64,000 nt of DNA from an uncultured delta proteobacterium (GTDB taxonomy: Bacteria > Desulfobacterota > Binatia > JACPRU01). The stretch lies in the NCBI GenBank assembly GCA_963745025.1, contig CAVUWD010000014.1, forward strand, positions 160,001 to 224,000, written 5' to 3'. A program made the position numbers and the translations under genes. This document shows, piece by piece, positions 42,230 to 51,962 of the stretch (positions are counted from its first letter, which is position 1; each line of letters begins with the position of its first letter). Under the pieces are notes generated by a model, which searched no databases, was not told the origin of the DNA, and worked only from the letters and a program-made list of their open reading frames with translations.

Positions 42230-44245
42230 ATGTACAAGACGATCTACGTCCCGGTAGACAATTCCGAACATTCGAACCAGGCGATTCGCCGCGCGGTTGA
42301 CCTCGGCAAGGCCTTCGGATCGAAGATGGTCGGCTGTCACGTCTACGCGGCGAAGATGCACGACTACCGCTTCAAGCAGATGGAGTACACGCTGCCGGAG
42401 GAATATCTCGAGGAGACCGAGCTCGAGCGGCAGCGGAAGATCCACGACAGCTTGATCACGATGGGCCTGAAGCTCGTCTCCGACAGCTACCTGGCGCCGA
42501 TGGCCGCCGCCTGCGCCACGGCGGGCCTCGAGTTCGAGCCGCGGATGATCGATGGCAAACACTCCACCGAGATCGTCAAGGACCTCGCCGCGGGCGACTA
42601 CGACCTCGTCGTGATCGGCGTGCTCGGTCTCGGCCGCGTGCGCGACAGCCAAGTGGGATCGGTCTGCGAGCGTGTGGCGCGGAAAGCCCGACAAGACGTG
42701 TTGGTCGTCAAGCAGCTGCCGGACGAGAATGGTGGAGCCGAACGCGACACGATCCTCGTCGGCATCGACGGCAGCCCGCAGTCCTTCGGCGCGCTGATGA
42801 CCGCGATCGACCTCGCCAAGCGCTTCGACAAGAAGGTCGAGGCAATCGCCGTCTACGACCCCTATCTACACTACACGGTCTTCAACAGCATCGTGAACGT
42901 GCTCACCGAGAAGGCGGCCAAGGTCTTTCGCTTCGAGGAGCAAAATCAGCTCCACGAGGAAGTCATCGACACGGGCCTCGCGCAGATCTACCAGTCGCAC
43001 CTCGAGGTCGCCGGTACGATGGCCGCCGAGGTCGGCGTCGAGATCCACAAGACGCTCCTCGACGGCAAGGCGTTCCAGAAGGTTCTCAACCACGCGCGGA
43101 AGATCGAGCCGTGGCTCCTCGTCGTCGGACGGACCGGCATCCATAGCGCGAACGACGAGCACGAGCTCGGCAGCAATTCCGAGAATCTGTTCCGCAACTC
43201 GCCGTGCAACGTCCTGCTGACGACGCGTCTGGAGGTGCCCGAGCTCGACGTCAAGGCGGAGCAGTCGATCCGTTGGACCGCGGAGGCGGAGGAGCGCATG
43301 ACACGCGTGCCGCCGCTCGTCCAGGGAATCGCCCGCACGGCGATCTTCCGGCTGGCCCTCGAGAAGGGCCACAGCGTGATCACCAGCGATCTGCTCGACG
43401 AGGCGATGGACCGTTACATGCCGAAGGGTGCGAAGGCCGCGACGAAGCTCGCCGAGAGCGTGGTGCTCGGGCACGCCAAGGACAAGCCGATCTCGATCTG
43501 CCGGAAATGCGGCGTGTCGGCAGTCGAGGCGAGCCCGGTCGTGTGCGCGGTGTGCGGCGGCCACTCCTTCCAGGTGATCTCGCCCGAGATGGTCGAGGAG
43601 ATCATCGAGACCGAGGGCGGCGCGCAGCCCGAGACGACCTACGACGGACGAAAGCTCACCTGGACGCGCGATGCCAAGCGTGGACTCTGGACGATCCAGG
43701 ATGGCTACAAGCGCCGCCGCACCAAGGCGCGCATCGAGAAGGCCGCGCGCCTTCGCCGGCTCGAGACCGTGGGTTTCGAGTTCGCCAAGATGATGGTCGA
43801 GGAGGAGACCGGTGCGCCGCTCGTGCTTCCCGCCGACGGAGCCGCGGCAGCGCCCGTCGAGACGCAGGACGGAAAGAAGCTCATCGCTCGCGACGACAAG
43901 CGAAATCCTCTCTTCTCCGAGCTCGATTGGGCACCCGACGCGATCGCACGGATCCTTCGCGTCCCGGCCGGCTTCATGCGGAGTCGCACTCAGGCGAGAA
44001 TCGAAGACCTGGCGCGCGAGCGGAGCCGAAGCCCGATCGACCTCGCGCTCGTCGAGGAAGGCATCGAGCAGGGCCGGAAGCTCATGGAAGAGATGATCCA
44101 GGGCTACAATCGAAACCCAGAGAGCGTGCGCGAGGCCGCCGCTACGGCGAGCCCGGTTCCCGCGACGCGGCCGGGCAGCCTAGCGCTCAACGAGGTGGGC
44201 ATCATGGCGATGATGGAGGCGAAGAGGCAGGGCGACGAAAAATAG
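42230..44245 (+). CDS. Tandem universal-stress-protein domains + rubredoxin-like CxxC pair + three PCP_red-like domains
   Basis: IYVPVDNS and ILVGIDGS USP starts; CRKC...CAVC; WTAEAEERMTRVP, WTRDAKR and WAPDAIARILRVP repeats. Confidence 0.85.
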   Translation: MYKTIYVPVDNSEHSNQAIRRAVDLGKAFGSKMVGCHVYAAKMHDYRFKQMEYTLPEEYLEETELERQRKIHDSLITMGLKLVSDSYLAPMAAACATAGLEFEPRMIDGKHSTEIVKDLAAGDYDLVVIGVLGLGRVRDSQVGSVCERVARKARQDVLVVKQLPDENGGAERDTILVGIDGSPQSFGALMTAIDLAKRFDKKVEAIAVYDPYLHYTVFNSIVNVLTEKAAKVFRFEEQNQLHEEVIDTGLAQIYQSHLEVAGTMAAEVGVEIHKTLLDGKAFQKVLNHARKIEPWLLVVGRTGIHSANDEHELGSNSENLFRNSPCNVLLTTRLEVPELDVKAEQSIRWTAEAEERMTRVPPLVQGIARTAIFRLALEKGHSVITSDLLDEAMDRYMPKGAKAATKLAESVVLGHAKDKPISICRKCGVSAVEASPVVCAVCGGHSFQVISPEMVEEIIETEGGAQPETTYDGRKLTWTRDAKRGLWTIQDGYKRRRTKARIEKAARLRRLETVGFEFAKMMVEEETGAPLVLPADGAAAAPVETQDGKKLIARDDKRNPLFSELDWAPDAIARILRVPAGFMRSRTQARIEDLARERSRSPIDLALVEEGIEQGRKLMEEMIQGYNRNPESVREAAATASPVPATRPGSLALNEVGIMAMMEAKRQGDEK

Positions 44246-44304
44246 GCTACAGGCTACAGAAAAGGATCCATGATGTTTTTGCCTGTAGCCTGTAGCCCGT
44301 AGCC
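44244..44304. repeat. Heptamer (RGGCTAC)n hairpin, family D
   Basis: GGCTACAGGCTACAG...CTGTAGCCTGTAGCC forms a perfect 15-bp stem. Confidence 0.8.
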
Positions 44305-44313
44305 AATCTTGGC

Positions 44314-45156
44314 ATGTCCGGCTACCGCTTCTGCCGAACCGACGACATCCCGCTCCTCGTCGAGGCGTACAACGCCTGCTGCGGCGATCGCCGCCAAACC
44401 GAACCGCCGCTGACCGTCGACGGCTTCAAGCACGGCGCGCGCGCGCTCGGTCTCTGGGCGTCGAGCTGCATGATCGCCTTCGATGGCGAAACGCCGATCG
44501 CGGTGCTGCTCGGCGCCAAGCGCGAGGACTCGAACCTCGTCTACCGGCTCGCCGTGCGCCCCGGCCACGAGCGCCGGGGGCACGGCCGGCATTTGCTCGA
44601 TTCGCTGCGCCGCAAGGTCGCGATCCTCGGTCCGCGGCGCCTCGTCGTCGAGGTTCCCGCCGAATCGACGGGCGTGTGTCGCTTCTTCGAGCGCTGCGGA
44701 TTCGCCGCCGAGAGGCGCTACGGCGATTTCGTCTCGGATAGGACGCCGGCGGCATTCCCGGTGGAGGCGAGCCTCGTCTCCGCCGTAACCGTTGAGGAGC
44801 TCGTCCAGAGCGGCGCGCTCGACCCGTCGATCCCGCGCCCCTGGGAGCGCTCGCTCGCGACGATGGCGAGCCGGAGCCGAGAGATCGATGGATTGGCGAT
44901 CGCGTCGGACGAGCGTATCGAGGCCTACGTCCTCCATCGAGCGAGATCCGCGGCCTGTGAGCTCGTGGCCCTCGGCGCCACCCGCAACGAGCTCCTGGCC
45001 CCGCTGTTGGCCGACCTTCACCGGCGCGCCGGCGTGACGCCGCGGATCATCCGCAAGGTCGCGGAGGACGAAATCCCCGGAGCGCTCCTGGCGGCTCTGG
45101 GCTTTCACCGCGAGACCGAGTACATCGGCTACGCAGCAGACATGCAAGCGCCGTGA
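44314..45156 (+). CDS. GNAT family acetyltransferase (probably two GNAT lobes)
   Basis: LAVRPGHERRGHGRHLL, FFERCGF, LAALGF. Confidence 0.75.
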   Translation: MSGYRFCRTDDIPLLVEAYNACCGDRRQTEPPLTVDGFKHGARALGLWASSCMIAFDGETPIAVLLGAKREDSNLVYRLAVRPGHERRGHGRHLLDSLRRKVAILGPRRLVVEVPAESTGVCRFFERCGFAAERRYGDFVSDRTPAAFPVEASLVSAVTVEELVQSGALDPSIPRPWERSLATMASRSREIDGLAIASDERIEAYVLHRARSAACELVALGATRNELLAPLLADLHRRAGVTPRIIRKVAEDEIPGALLAALGFHRETEYIGYAADMQAP

Positions 45157-46022
45157 AGAGCTACTACGACATCGCCGGCGACGGCGGCTCGAACGTCGGG
45201 GCACAGGTCGTCGCCAGGCGGGGACGGATCGCCGCGAGCCTCGCCGGGGTCCGCCACATGCTGGCGATCGGATCCGGCAAAGGCGGCGTCGGCAAGAGCA
45301 CGCTGACCATGCAGCTCGCCCGCGCGCTTCGCGCCTCAGGTGCTGGCGTGGCGATTCTCGATGCGGATCTCAACGGTCCGAGCCAGGCGCGCATGGCAGG
45401 CCTCGGGCGCGTGCCGATCATTCCCGGGCCGGATGGGATCGTCATGCCGCGCACGCCGTCCGGAATCGGCGTGGTGTCGATGGGCGTCCTCGTTCCGGAG
45501 TCCGAGGCGCTCGATTTCGAGACCGTCGCCCGCGGCGATACCTACCTGTGGCGCGCCACACGGGAATTCTCCCTGCTCGGCGATCTGCTCGCTGGCGTCG
45601 CATGGGGAACGCTCGATTTCCTGCTCGTCGATCTGCCGCCGGGCGCGGAGCGCACGTTTCAGTATGCGGAGTTTCTCGGGCCTGCGGCCGCGCTCGTGCT
45701 CGTCACGATTCCCTCGGACCTCTCGCGCGGGGTCGTCGCGCGCTCGCTCGCGGCGCTCCGCAAGACGCCGAACCGGATTCTCGGCTACGTCGACAACATG
45801 AAGGGCTACGCCTGCAGCGGCTGCCACACGATCCAGCCGCTGTTTGCGGAGTCGGGCGCGATCGACCTCGGCATCCCCTGTCTCGGCTCGGTACCGTTCG
45901 ATCCCGATCTCGCCGCCGCGTGCGATCGCGGCGAAGCCCTGCCCGACGATCCGTCGAACCCCACCCGGCAGGCCATCCGCGAGGTCGCTCTGGAGATCCA
46001 CCGTCGCATGGAGGTGACATGA
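45153..46022 (+). CDS. Mrp/ApbC/NBP35 family P-loop Fe-S carrier ATPase
   Basis: SGKGGVGKST, DADLNGPS, DLPPG, NM....CSGC, VPFDP. Confidence 0.92.
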   Translation: MKSYYDIAGDGGSNVGAQVVARRGRIAASLAGVRHMLAIGSGKGGVGKSTLTMQLARALRASGAGVAILDADLNGPSQARMAGLGRVPIIPGPDGIVMPRTPSGIGVVSMGVLVPESEALDFETVARGDTYLWRATREFSLLGDLLAGVAWGTLDFLLVDLPPGAERTFQYAEFLGPAAALVLVTIPSDLSRGVVARSLAALRKTPNRILGYVDNMKGYACSGCHTIQPLFAESGAIDLGIPCLGSVPFDPDLAAACDRGEALPDDPSNPTRQAIREVALEIHRRMEVT

Positions 46023-46432
46023 AGTTCCTCTGCGTCCTCTGCGATCAGCCGATGAAGCTCGTCCAGGTCGCGCCACCCGACCGCGGTAGCCTGTCGGTCG
46101 TCTACGAATGTCCGGAGTGCGCTCACCGGATCGCCATGCTCACCAACCCGCTCGAAACGCAGATGGTGACGTCGCTCGGGGTCGAGATCGGCCCGAGCGG
46201 TGAGAAAACCGAATCGAAGTGCCCGTTCTCGGGGATGATCCAGGGCATGTCGGCGCCCTCGGCCGACGGCGAGCTGCCGTGGACGGCCAAGGCGCTCGAG
46301 CGGCTCGCCAACGTTCCCGAATTCGTCCGTCCGATGGCGCGGGTGGGCATCGAGCGCTATGCCCGCGAGCAGGGCCTTCGCGAGGTCGACGAGCAAGTGC
46401 TCGAGCAGGCGAAGAGCTCCTTCGGAATGTAG
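46019..46432 (+). CDS. Small CxxC-CxxC protein with C-terminal PCP_red-like domain
   Basis: MKFLCVLCD...CPEC, KCPFSGM, WTAKALERLANVPEFVRPMAR..IE.YA. Confidence 0.85.
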   Translation: MKFLCVLCDQPMKLVQVAPPDRGSLSVVYECPECAHRIAMLTNPLETQMVTSLGVEIGPSGEKTESKCPFSGMIQGMSAPSADGELPWTAKALERLANVPEFVRPMARVGIERYAREQGLREVDEQVLEQAKSSFGM

Positions 46433-46453
46433 AGACGCGTTCTCGAAGTCGCC

Positions 46454-47782
46454 GTGCCGACCGAAAGCGTCACAAACCGCGAAACGTCGGCGTTCTCCCG
46501 CCCGTACGTCATCTCCTGGAATCTGACGTACCGCTGCAATCTCGCCTGCGAGCACTGCTACCTCGATGCGGGCGGCAAGCCCGAAGTCCATACCGAGAGC
46601 TTCGCCGATCGGAGAGAGCTCTCGACCGAGGGCTGTTTTCGCGTGATCGACGAGGTCGCCGCGTTCGCTCCGGACTGTTTGCTGATCCTCACCGGCGGCG
46701 AGCCGCTGCTCCGGCGGGACATCGTCGAGATCATCCGCTACGGCGCGGGCAAGGGCCTCTGGGTCGTGGTCGGCACGAACGGCGTGAAGATCACCGAGAA
46801 CCTCGCGGCCGTCCTCCAGCGCGAGGGCGTGCGCGGCCTCTCGCTTTCCCTCGATGCGCTCGACGAGCGCCGGCACGACCTCTTCCGCCGCGTCCGCGGC
46901 GCTTGGCGCAACACGATCGAGGGAGCGAAGATCCTCGCCCGAGCCGGCCTCGCCTTCATCGTCCAGACGACGGTCGCGCGCCACAACGTCGCGGAGCTCG
47001 CTGCGATCGCCGACTTCGCCCACGACGAGCTCGGCGCGAAGGTCTGGAACCTCTATTTCCTGGTACCGACCGGGCGCGGCGCGCACGTCTCCGACCTCGA
47101 CGCGAAGGACTACGATCATGTGCTCACGGAGCTGCGCGCGATCCAGAAGCGCTTCGCGGGCCGCATGCTGGTCAACGCCAAGTGCGCGCCGCACTACGCA
47201 CGCGTGCTGGTCGCCGAAGAGCCCGAGTCGCCCGCCTTGAAGGGATACGCCGGCGGCGCCGGCGGCTGCCCCGCCGGCACGCACTACCTCGGCATTCGTC
47301 CGAACGGCGACGTCACCCCTTGCCCTTACCTGCCGCTGTTCGGCGGGAATCTTCGAACGCAGAGCCTCACCGAGATCTGGCAGTCCTCCGACCTCTTCGT
47401 CGAGATCCGCAGCCGCAGCCGTCTCGGCGGGCGCTGCGGCGACTGCGAGCTCAACGCCGCCTGCGGCGGCTGCCGCGCACGAGCGTTCGGTATGACCGGC
47501 GACGTCATGGCAGAGGACCCGCTCTGCACGCATCAGCCGGGGACGTTCCCGAAGCCCGCCGCGCCCGCCGTCGAATACGGCTCGCCGGCCGACGTCACGC
47601 TCGCGTGGGACCCGGCGGCGTGCGAGCGGATGAAGCAGATCCCCGCGTTCGTCCGCGGCATGGTCGCCAAGCGCGTCGAAGCCTACTGTCGTGATCGGCA
47701 GATTGGCCGCGTCAGCGAAGAGGTGCTCGCGGAGATCCGCGCGAAGATGCCGACGCCGAAGCTCTTCGGCACCAGAGGATAG
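46454..47782 (+). CDS. Radical SAM/SPASM protein (AhbC/AhbD/NirJ-like) with C-terminal PCP_red-like domain
   Basis: ISWNLTYRCNLACEHCY, LTGGEPL, GCPAG, PCPY, CGDC....CGGCRARA, DPLC; WDPAACERMKQIPAFVRGM. Confidence 0.92.
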   Translation: MPTESVTNRETSAFSRPYVISWNLTYRCNLACEHCYLDAGGKPEVHTESFADRRELSTEGCFRVIDEVAAFAPDCLLILTGGEPLLRRDIVEIIRYGAGKGLWVVVGTNGVKITENLAAVLQREGVRGLSLSLDALDERRHDLFRRVRGAWRNTIEGAKILARAGLAFIVQTTVARHNVAELAAIADFAHDELGAKVWNLYFLVPTGRGAHVSDLDAKDYDHVLTELRAIQKRFAGRMLVNAKCAPHYARVLVAEEPESPALKGYAGGAGGCPAGTHYLGIRPNGDVTPCPYLPLFGGNLRTQSLTEIWQSSDLFVEIRSRSRLGGRCGDCELNAACGGCRARAFGMTGDVMAEDPLCTHQPGTFPKPAAPAVEYGSPADVTLAWDPAACERMKQIPAFVRGMVAKRVEAYCRDRQIGRVSEEVLAEIRAKMPTPKLFGTRG

Positions 47783-47849
47783 GGGCTACGGGCTACGCGC
47801 TACGGGAAAGGCTTCCAGGAGTCTCTCCCCGAAGCCTGCAGCCCTACCT
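47782..47849. repeat. Degenerate heptamer hairpin, family D
   Basis: GGGCTACGGGCTACGCGCTACGGG...CCCGAAGCCTGCAGCCC, directly after the radical SAM stop. Confidence 0.6.
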
Positions 47850-47929
47850 TCAGAGACCGACCGGCGCCGAGCCGAGCTGCGCTACCGCGTGACGACCCGC
47901 TGATCTGGTCTTGCCGCGGCAAGCGGGGG

Positions 47930-48550
47930 ATGCAACACGTGTCCGCGATGGCGCCGCCGCTCGTGCTCCCCGTCCACTACGACTTCGCGTCGACGATCTG
48001 CTTCGTCGCCTACCGCGTGCTCGAGCGCATGCGGGAGGACCTCGACGCACTGGGTGTCGTCCTCGAGTGGCGGCCGATCGATCTCGTGGCGATCACCGGC
48101 TGGCGGCGCGGCATCGTCGTCGATGGCCCGCGGCGAGACAACGCGCTGCGCGTCGCCGAGGAGCTCGGCGTCGGGGTACGCATGCCCCCCGTGTGGCTGG
48201 ACTCGCGGCCCGCGCACGCGGTGGCCCTGGCGCTCGCCGGCAGCGCTCGAGAGGCGGTTTGGCACGAGCGGGTGTGGAGCGCCGTCTTCGAGGAGGGGCG
48301 CGACATCGGCGCCGAAGGCGAGGTCGAGCGGCTCGCCGCCGACCTCATGCTCGATCCCGCGGCCCTCGGCGACACTCACGATTTTGGCCGCCTCGAAGCC
48401 TTGACCGAGGCGGCACGTGAGGCCGAGGTCATCGGCGTACCGACGTTCCACGTCGGCTTCCCGCTCGGCGGCATCCAGGAGCCGGACACGATGCGGCTCC
48501 TCTTTCAGCGCTGGGTCGAGAAGCGCACGCGCGAGCGGGATCGCGGCTGA
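47930..48550 (+). CDS. DsbA/FrnE-like thioredoxin-fold protein
   Basis: YDFASTICF, VIGVPTF.VG; single Cys at the active-site position. Confidence 0.75.
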   Translation: MQHVSAMAPPLVLPVHYDFASTICFVAYRVLERMREDLDALGVVLEWRPIDLVAITGWRRGIVVDGPRRDNALRVAEELGVGVRMPPVWLDSRPAHAVALALAGSAREAVWHERVWSAVFEEGRDIGAEGEVERLAADLMLDPAALGDTHDFGRLEALTEAAREAEVIGVPTFHVGFPLGGIQEPDTMRLLFQRWVEKRTRERDRG

Positions 48551-48554
48551 GCGA

Positions 48555-48947
48555 TCAGGCGAGCGCGACGCATTCGATCTCGATGTCGAACTCCATCGGC
48601 CACGAGCCGACGGTGACGAAGGTGCGCGCCGGCGGGTCGGTGGGGAAATACCGCGCGTAGACCTTGTTGATCGTCGGGTAGTAGGCCGAATTCGCCGCGT
48701 AGATCGTCACCTTGACGACCTTGTCGAGCGAGGATCCCGCAGCCTGCACCGCCGCCTTCACGTTCTCGAGACAGGTCTCCGTCTGCTTGACGATGTCGCC
48801 GCGGACGAGCTGGCCGGTCTTCGGATCGGCCGGCGGCATGCCGGAGACGAACACGAATCCGTTCGCCTTGATGGCGGCCGAGAGCGGGACGCCGAGCTTC
48901 TCGGTCACGTCGGAGATCGGTGATACGCGAACGACTTCTTTCTTCAT
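48555..48947 (-). CDS. RidA/YjgF family protein
   Basis: FVFVSG, QT..CLEN, VVKVT, N.VY..YF..PPAR, IEIECVA. Confidence 0.92.
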   Translation of the reverse strand: MKKEVVRVSPISDVTEKLGVPLSAAIKANGFVFVSGMPPADPKTGQLVRGDIVKQTETCLENVKAAVQAAGSSLDKVVKVTIYAANSAYYPTINKVYARYFPTDPPARTFVTVGSWPMEFDIEIECVALA

Positions 48948-49000
48948 ACCGCTTCCTCCGATACGCGACCTTCGCACGGAAGCCGGGGCAAGGAAAAGAT

Positions 49001-50191
49001 CTACGCGACGACCTTCCGCGCGCGGAGGCCCGCGATCTCCCCCGGCGAATAGCCGCACTCCGCGAGCACCTCGTCGGTGTGCTCGCCGCGCGCCGGCGCG
49101 TGACGGCGGACGGCGGGATCGATCGCGGAGAAGCTGAGCGGCATGCCGATCACCGGGATGTCGCCGAGCTTCGGGTGCTCCATGCGCCGCATTGCCGGCC
49201 GCGATAGCGTCTGCGGCTCGCCGAGCAACCGATCGACCGTGTTGACCGGCGCCGCCGGCACCTCGACCGCGGCGAGCCGCCGGAGAAGATCGGGGCAATC
49301 GAAGCGCGCGATCGCCGCTTCGACGGCGCGATCGACCTCCTGCCGATGCTTCACGCGCTCGAGGTTGGTGGCGAAGCGCGGATCGTCCGCCATCGTCTCG
49401 AGACCGATTGCCCCGGCAAGCCGCCGCCAAAGACGATCGTTCGCGCCGGCGATGAACACCCATTGTCCGTCACGGCAGCGAAAGTTTCGGTACGGCGCGA
49501 GCGACGGATGCGCCGAGCCGAGCGCCCGCGGCACCTCGCCTGCGAGCAGATAGCTTTCCGCTTGATAGTTGAGCAGGCCGAGCGCTGTCTCGAGAAGCGA
49601 GCCGTCGACGCGCTGGCCGACGCCCGTGCGCTCCCGAAGCCGCAGCGCCGAGACGATGCCGAGCGCGCAAAGGATTCCCGTCGTCAGGTCGACGAACGAG
49701 ACGCCACAGCGAACCGGCGCTCCCCCCGGCTCGCCGGTGATCGACATGATGCCGCCGAAGGCCTGCATGACGGCTTCGTAGCCCGCTTCGTTGGCCCGCG
49801 GTCCGCTTCGCCCGAACGCCGAGACCGAGCAGTAGACGAGGCGCGGATTCACCGCCGCGAGCGCTTCGTAGCCGAGGCGGAAGTTCTCCATGGCGCCGGT
49901 GCGGAAGTTCTCGACGAGCACGTCGGCCGCACCGGCGAGCCGCCGGACGATCCCCACCCCTTCTGGCACCTTCAGATCGACCGCGATGCCGCGCTTATTG
50001 CGGTTGTTGACGATGTAGGTCGGCGACTCCCCCTCGCGAAGCGGCGGCCAGGTGCGCGCCTCGTCCCCCGCGACCGGATCCTCGATCTTCACGACGTCCG
50101 CGCCGAGATCACCGAGCAGCGCCGCGCAGAACGGCCCGGCGAGCAGGCGCGTGAGATCGACCACACGGACGCCGTCGAGCGGGAGCATCAC
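49001..50191 (-). CDS. CaiB/BaiF family III CoA transferase
   Basis: PLDGVRVVDL...LAGP, NRNKR, ENFR, HPSLAPY, P..GEHT. Confidence 0.94.
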   Translation of the reverse strand: MMLPLDGVRVVDLTRLLAGPFCAALLGDLGADVVKIEDPVAGDEARTWPPLREGESPTYIVNNRNKRGIAVDLKVPEGVGIVRRLAGAADVLVENFRTGAMENFRLGYEALAAVNPRLVYCSVSAFGRSGPRANEAGYEAVMQAFGGIMSITGEPGGAPVRCGVSFVDLTTGILCALGIVSALRLRERTGVGQRVDGSLLETALGLLNYQAESYLLAGEVPRALGSAHPSLAPYRNFRCRDGQWVFIAGANDRLWRRLAGAIGLETMADDPRFATNLERVKHRQEVDRAVEAAIARFDCPDLLRRLAAVEVPAAPVNTVDRLLGEPQTLSRPAMRRMEHPKLGDIPVIGMPLSFSAIDPAVRRHAPARGEHTDEVLAECGYSPGEIAGLRARKVVA

Positions 50192-50787
50192 GAGAGCGCT
50201 TTCTGCAGCGCCGGCCGCGCTTCCAGGCGCGCTAGATACGCCGTGAGCTTCGGGTAGCGATCGTCGAACGCCTTGAGGCGCCGGGCGATCAGCAGCGTCA
50301 CGCCTATCATGACGTCCGCCGCCGAGAACTGACTGCCGAGCAGGTAGTCCTTGCCCTCGAGGGCGCGCTCGAGGACCGCGAAGCAGGCCGCCACCCGCGC
50401 CCGCGCATCCTCGACCACCGCCGGGATCCGCTCCGCCTCGGGCTTGAAGATCGTGTGGCGGACGATGTCACCGAGCGGCGGCGTCGCCGTCGCTTCCGCG
50501 AAGTGCACCCACTGGAGGAACGCAGCGCGCTCCGGCGTCCCCGGCTTCGGCGCCAGCCGCCCGTTCCCGTAACGCTCGAGCACGTACTCGAGAATCGCTC
50601 CCGACTCGAACATCGTGACCCCGTCGTCCTCGATCGCCGGCAGCTTGCCCCACGGCACGGCCTGCGAGAACGGCAGCTTCGCCGGCGTGAAGGACACGAG
50701 CGAAAGCTCATAGGGTATGCCGAGCTCCTCGAGCAGCCAGTAGATGCGGATCGAGCGCGTCATCGGTGCGTGGTAGAGCTTGATCAT
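50188..50787 (-). CDS. Glutathione S-transferase family protein
   Basis: TRS.RI.WLLEELG, GKLP, FESGAI, YLLG..FSAADV. Confidence 0.94.
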   Translation of the reverse strand: MIKLYHAPMTRSIRIYWLLEELGIPYELSLVSFTPAKLPFSQAVPWGKLPAIEDDGVTMFESGAILEYVLERYGNGRLAPKPGTPERAAFLQWVHFAEATATPPLGDIVRHTIFKPEAERIPAVVEDARARVAACFAVLERALEGKDYLLGSQFSAADVMIGVTLLIARRLKAFDDRYPKLTAYLARLEARPALQKALS

Positions 50788-50914
50788 CTGATCCTCCGGC
50801 GGTTTGACGGACTTGCGAAGCGCGAGGACGCTAGCACGGGCGTCGAGCGAGTGCGACGCAGGCGTCTCAGCTGTAGCCCCTCACGGCCCGCGGCAAACCC
50901 GACTGCGGTGTTCC

Positions 50915-51793
50915 TCACACCGTTATCGTCCCCTCCACAACCGTCACCGCGTGCCCTCCGATCTCCGAACGCCCGTTTGCGTCGAGCACCCGCACGTGGA
51001 CTCGGCCGTCGCGCCCCATCTCGGTCGCCTGCGTGGCGACGTATTCGCGGCCCGTTCGCTCGAGCAGGCCGTGGCGCGCGAGGTAGGCCGGTAGCGCGGC
51101 GTTGGCGCTCCCTGTAACCGGATCCTCCGGAACCCCGAACGCAGGCGCGAAGCAACGGATGTGTACGGCGAACTCACCGTGATCGACGAGAGCGAAGGCG
51201 GCGACGCCGCTGATCGACAGCTCCCGGCTGAGCTTCGTCACCGCCGACATGTCCGGACGCAGAGCCGTCACCTCGCTCGCGTCTTCGAAGCGCACGAACA
51301 GCCAGACCGGCCCGTTGCGGAACGCCGTGGGCGCCGGAGATGCGGCGATCTGACGTCCGAGCACTGCCGACAGCCCTTGTGTCAGCCCGGCGAACTCCCC
51401 TTCGAACCTCGCCTCCGGCGCCTCGACATGGATCCGCCGCTGCGACCCCTCTCCTTCGACCCGCAGTGGCAGGTTCCCGGCCCCGCACTCCTGCACGAGC
51501 CGTCCGTCTTGCGCCGCCACGATCCCCGCCTCCAGGACGGCGTGGCATGACCCGATCGTCGGGTGCCCGGCGAAGGGCAGCTCGTGCCCCGGCGTAAAGA
51601 TGCGCAGCCGGTAGGCGGGCTGCGCTACGGTCGGCGTTAGCACAAACGTTGTCTCCGAGAGGTTCGTCCATTGCGCGATCCGCTGCATCTCCTCCGGCGC
51701 GAGTCCGTCCGCTCCCAGCACTACGGCTACCGGGTTGCCGAAGAGCGGCCGCGAGGTGAAGGCATCTACTTGCTTGAAGTAGTAGGTCGACAC
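50915..51793 (-). CDS. PhzF family isomerase
   Basis: QVDAFT, GNP, NLSETTF, ELPFAGHPT, EDPVTGSAN. Start uncertain (GTG 51793 or ATG 51829). Confidence 0.92.
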   Translation of the reverse strand: MSTYYFKQVDAFTSRPLFGNPVAVVLGADGLAPEEMQRIAQWTNLSETTFVLTPTVAQPAYRLRIFTPGHELPFAGHPTIGSCHAVLEAGIVAAQDGRLVQECGAGNLPLRVEGEGSQRRIHVEAPEARFEGEFAGLTQGLSAVLGRQIAASPAPTAFRNGPVWLFVRFEDASEVTALRPDMSAVTKLSRELSISGVAAFALVDHGEFAVHIRCFAPAFGVPEDPVTGSANAALPAYLARHGLLERTGREYVATQATEMGRDGRVHVRVLDANGRSEIGGHAVTVVEGTITV

Positions 51794-51962
51794 CAGAAAC
51801 CCCAGGCCGGCGGCCTCACCGCCCCCCATGAGCTTGCCCTTCTTTCCCGCCTGAACGCACCAAGGGGCGTGACGTCGAAGCGGCACGCCCCTTACCCAAC
51901 CCCGCTGCACGAATCGTGACGAGCGGAAACCGCTCGGCGCGATTCGTGCCAAGGCGCTCGGC

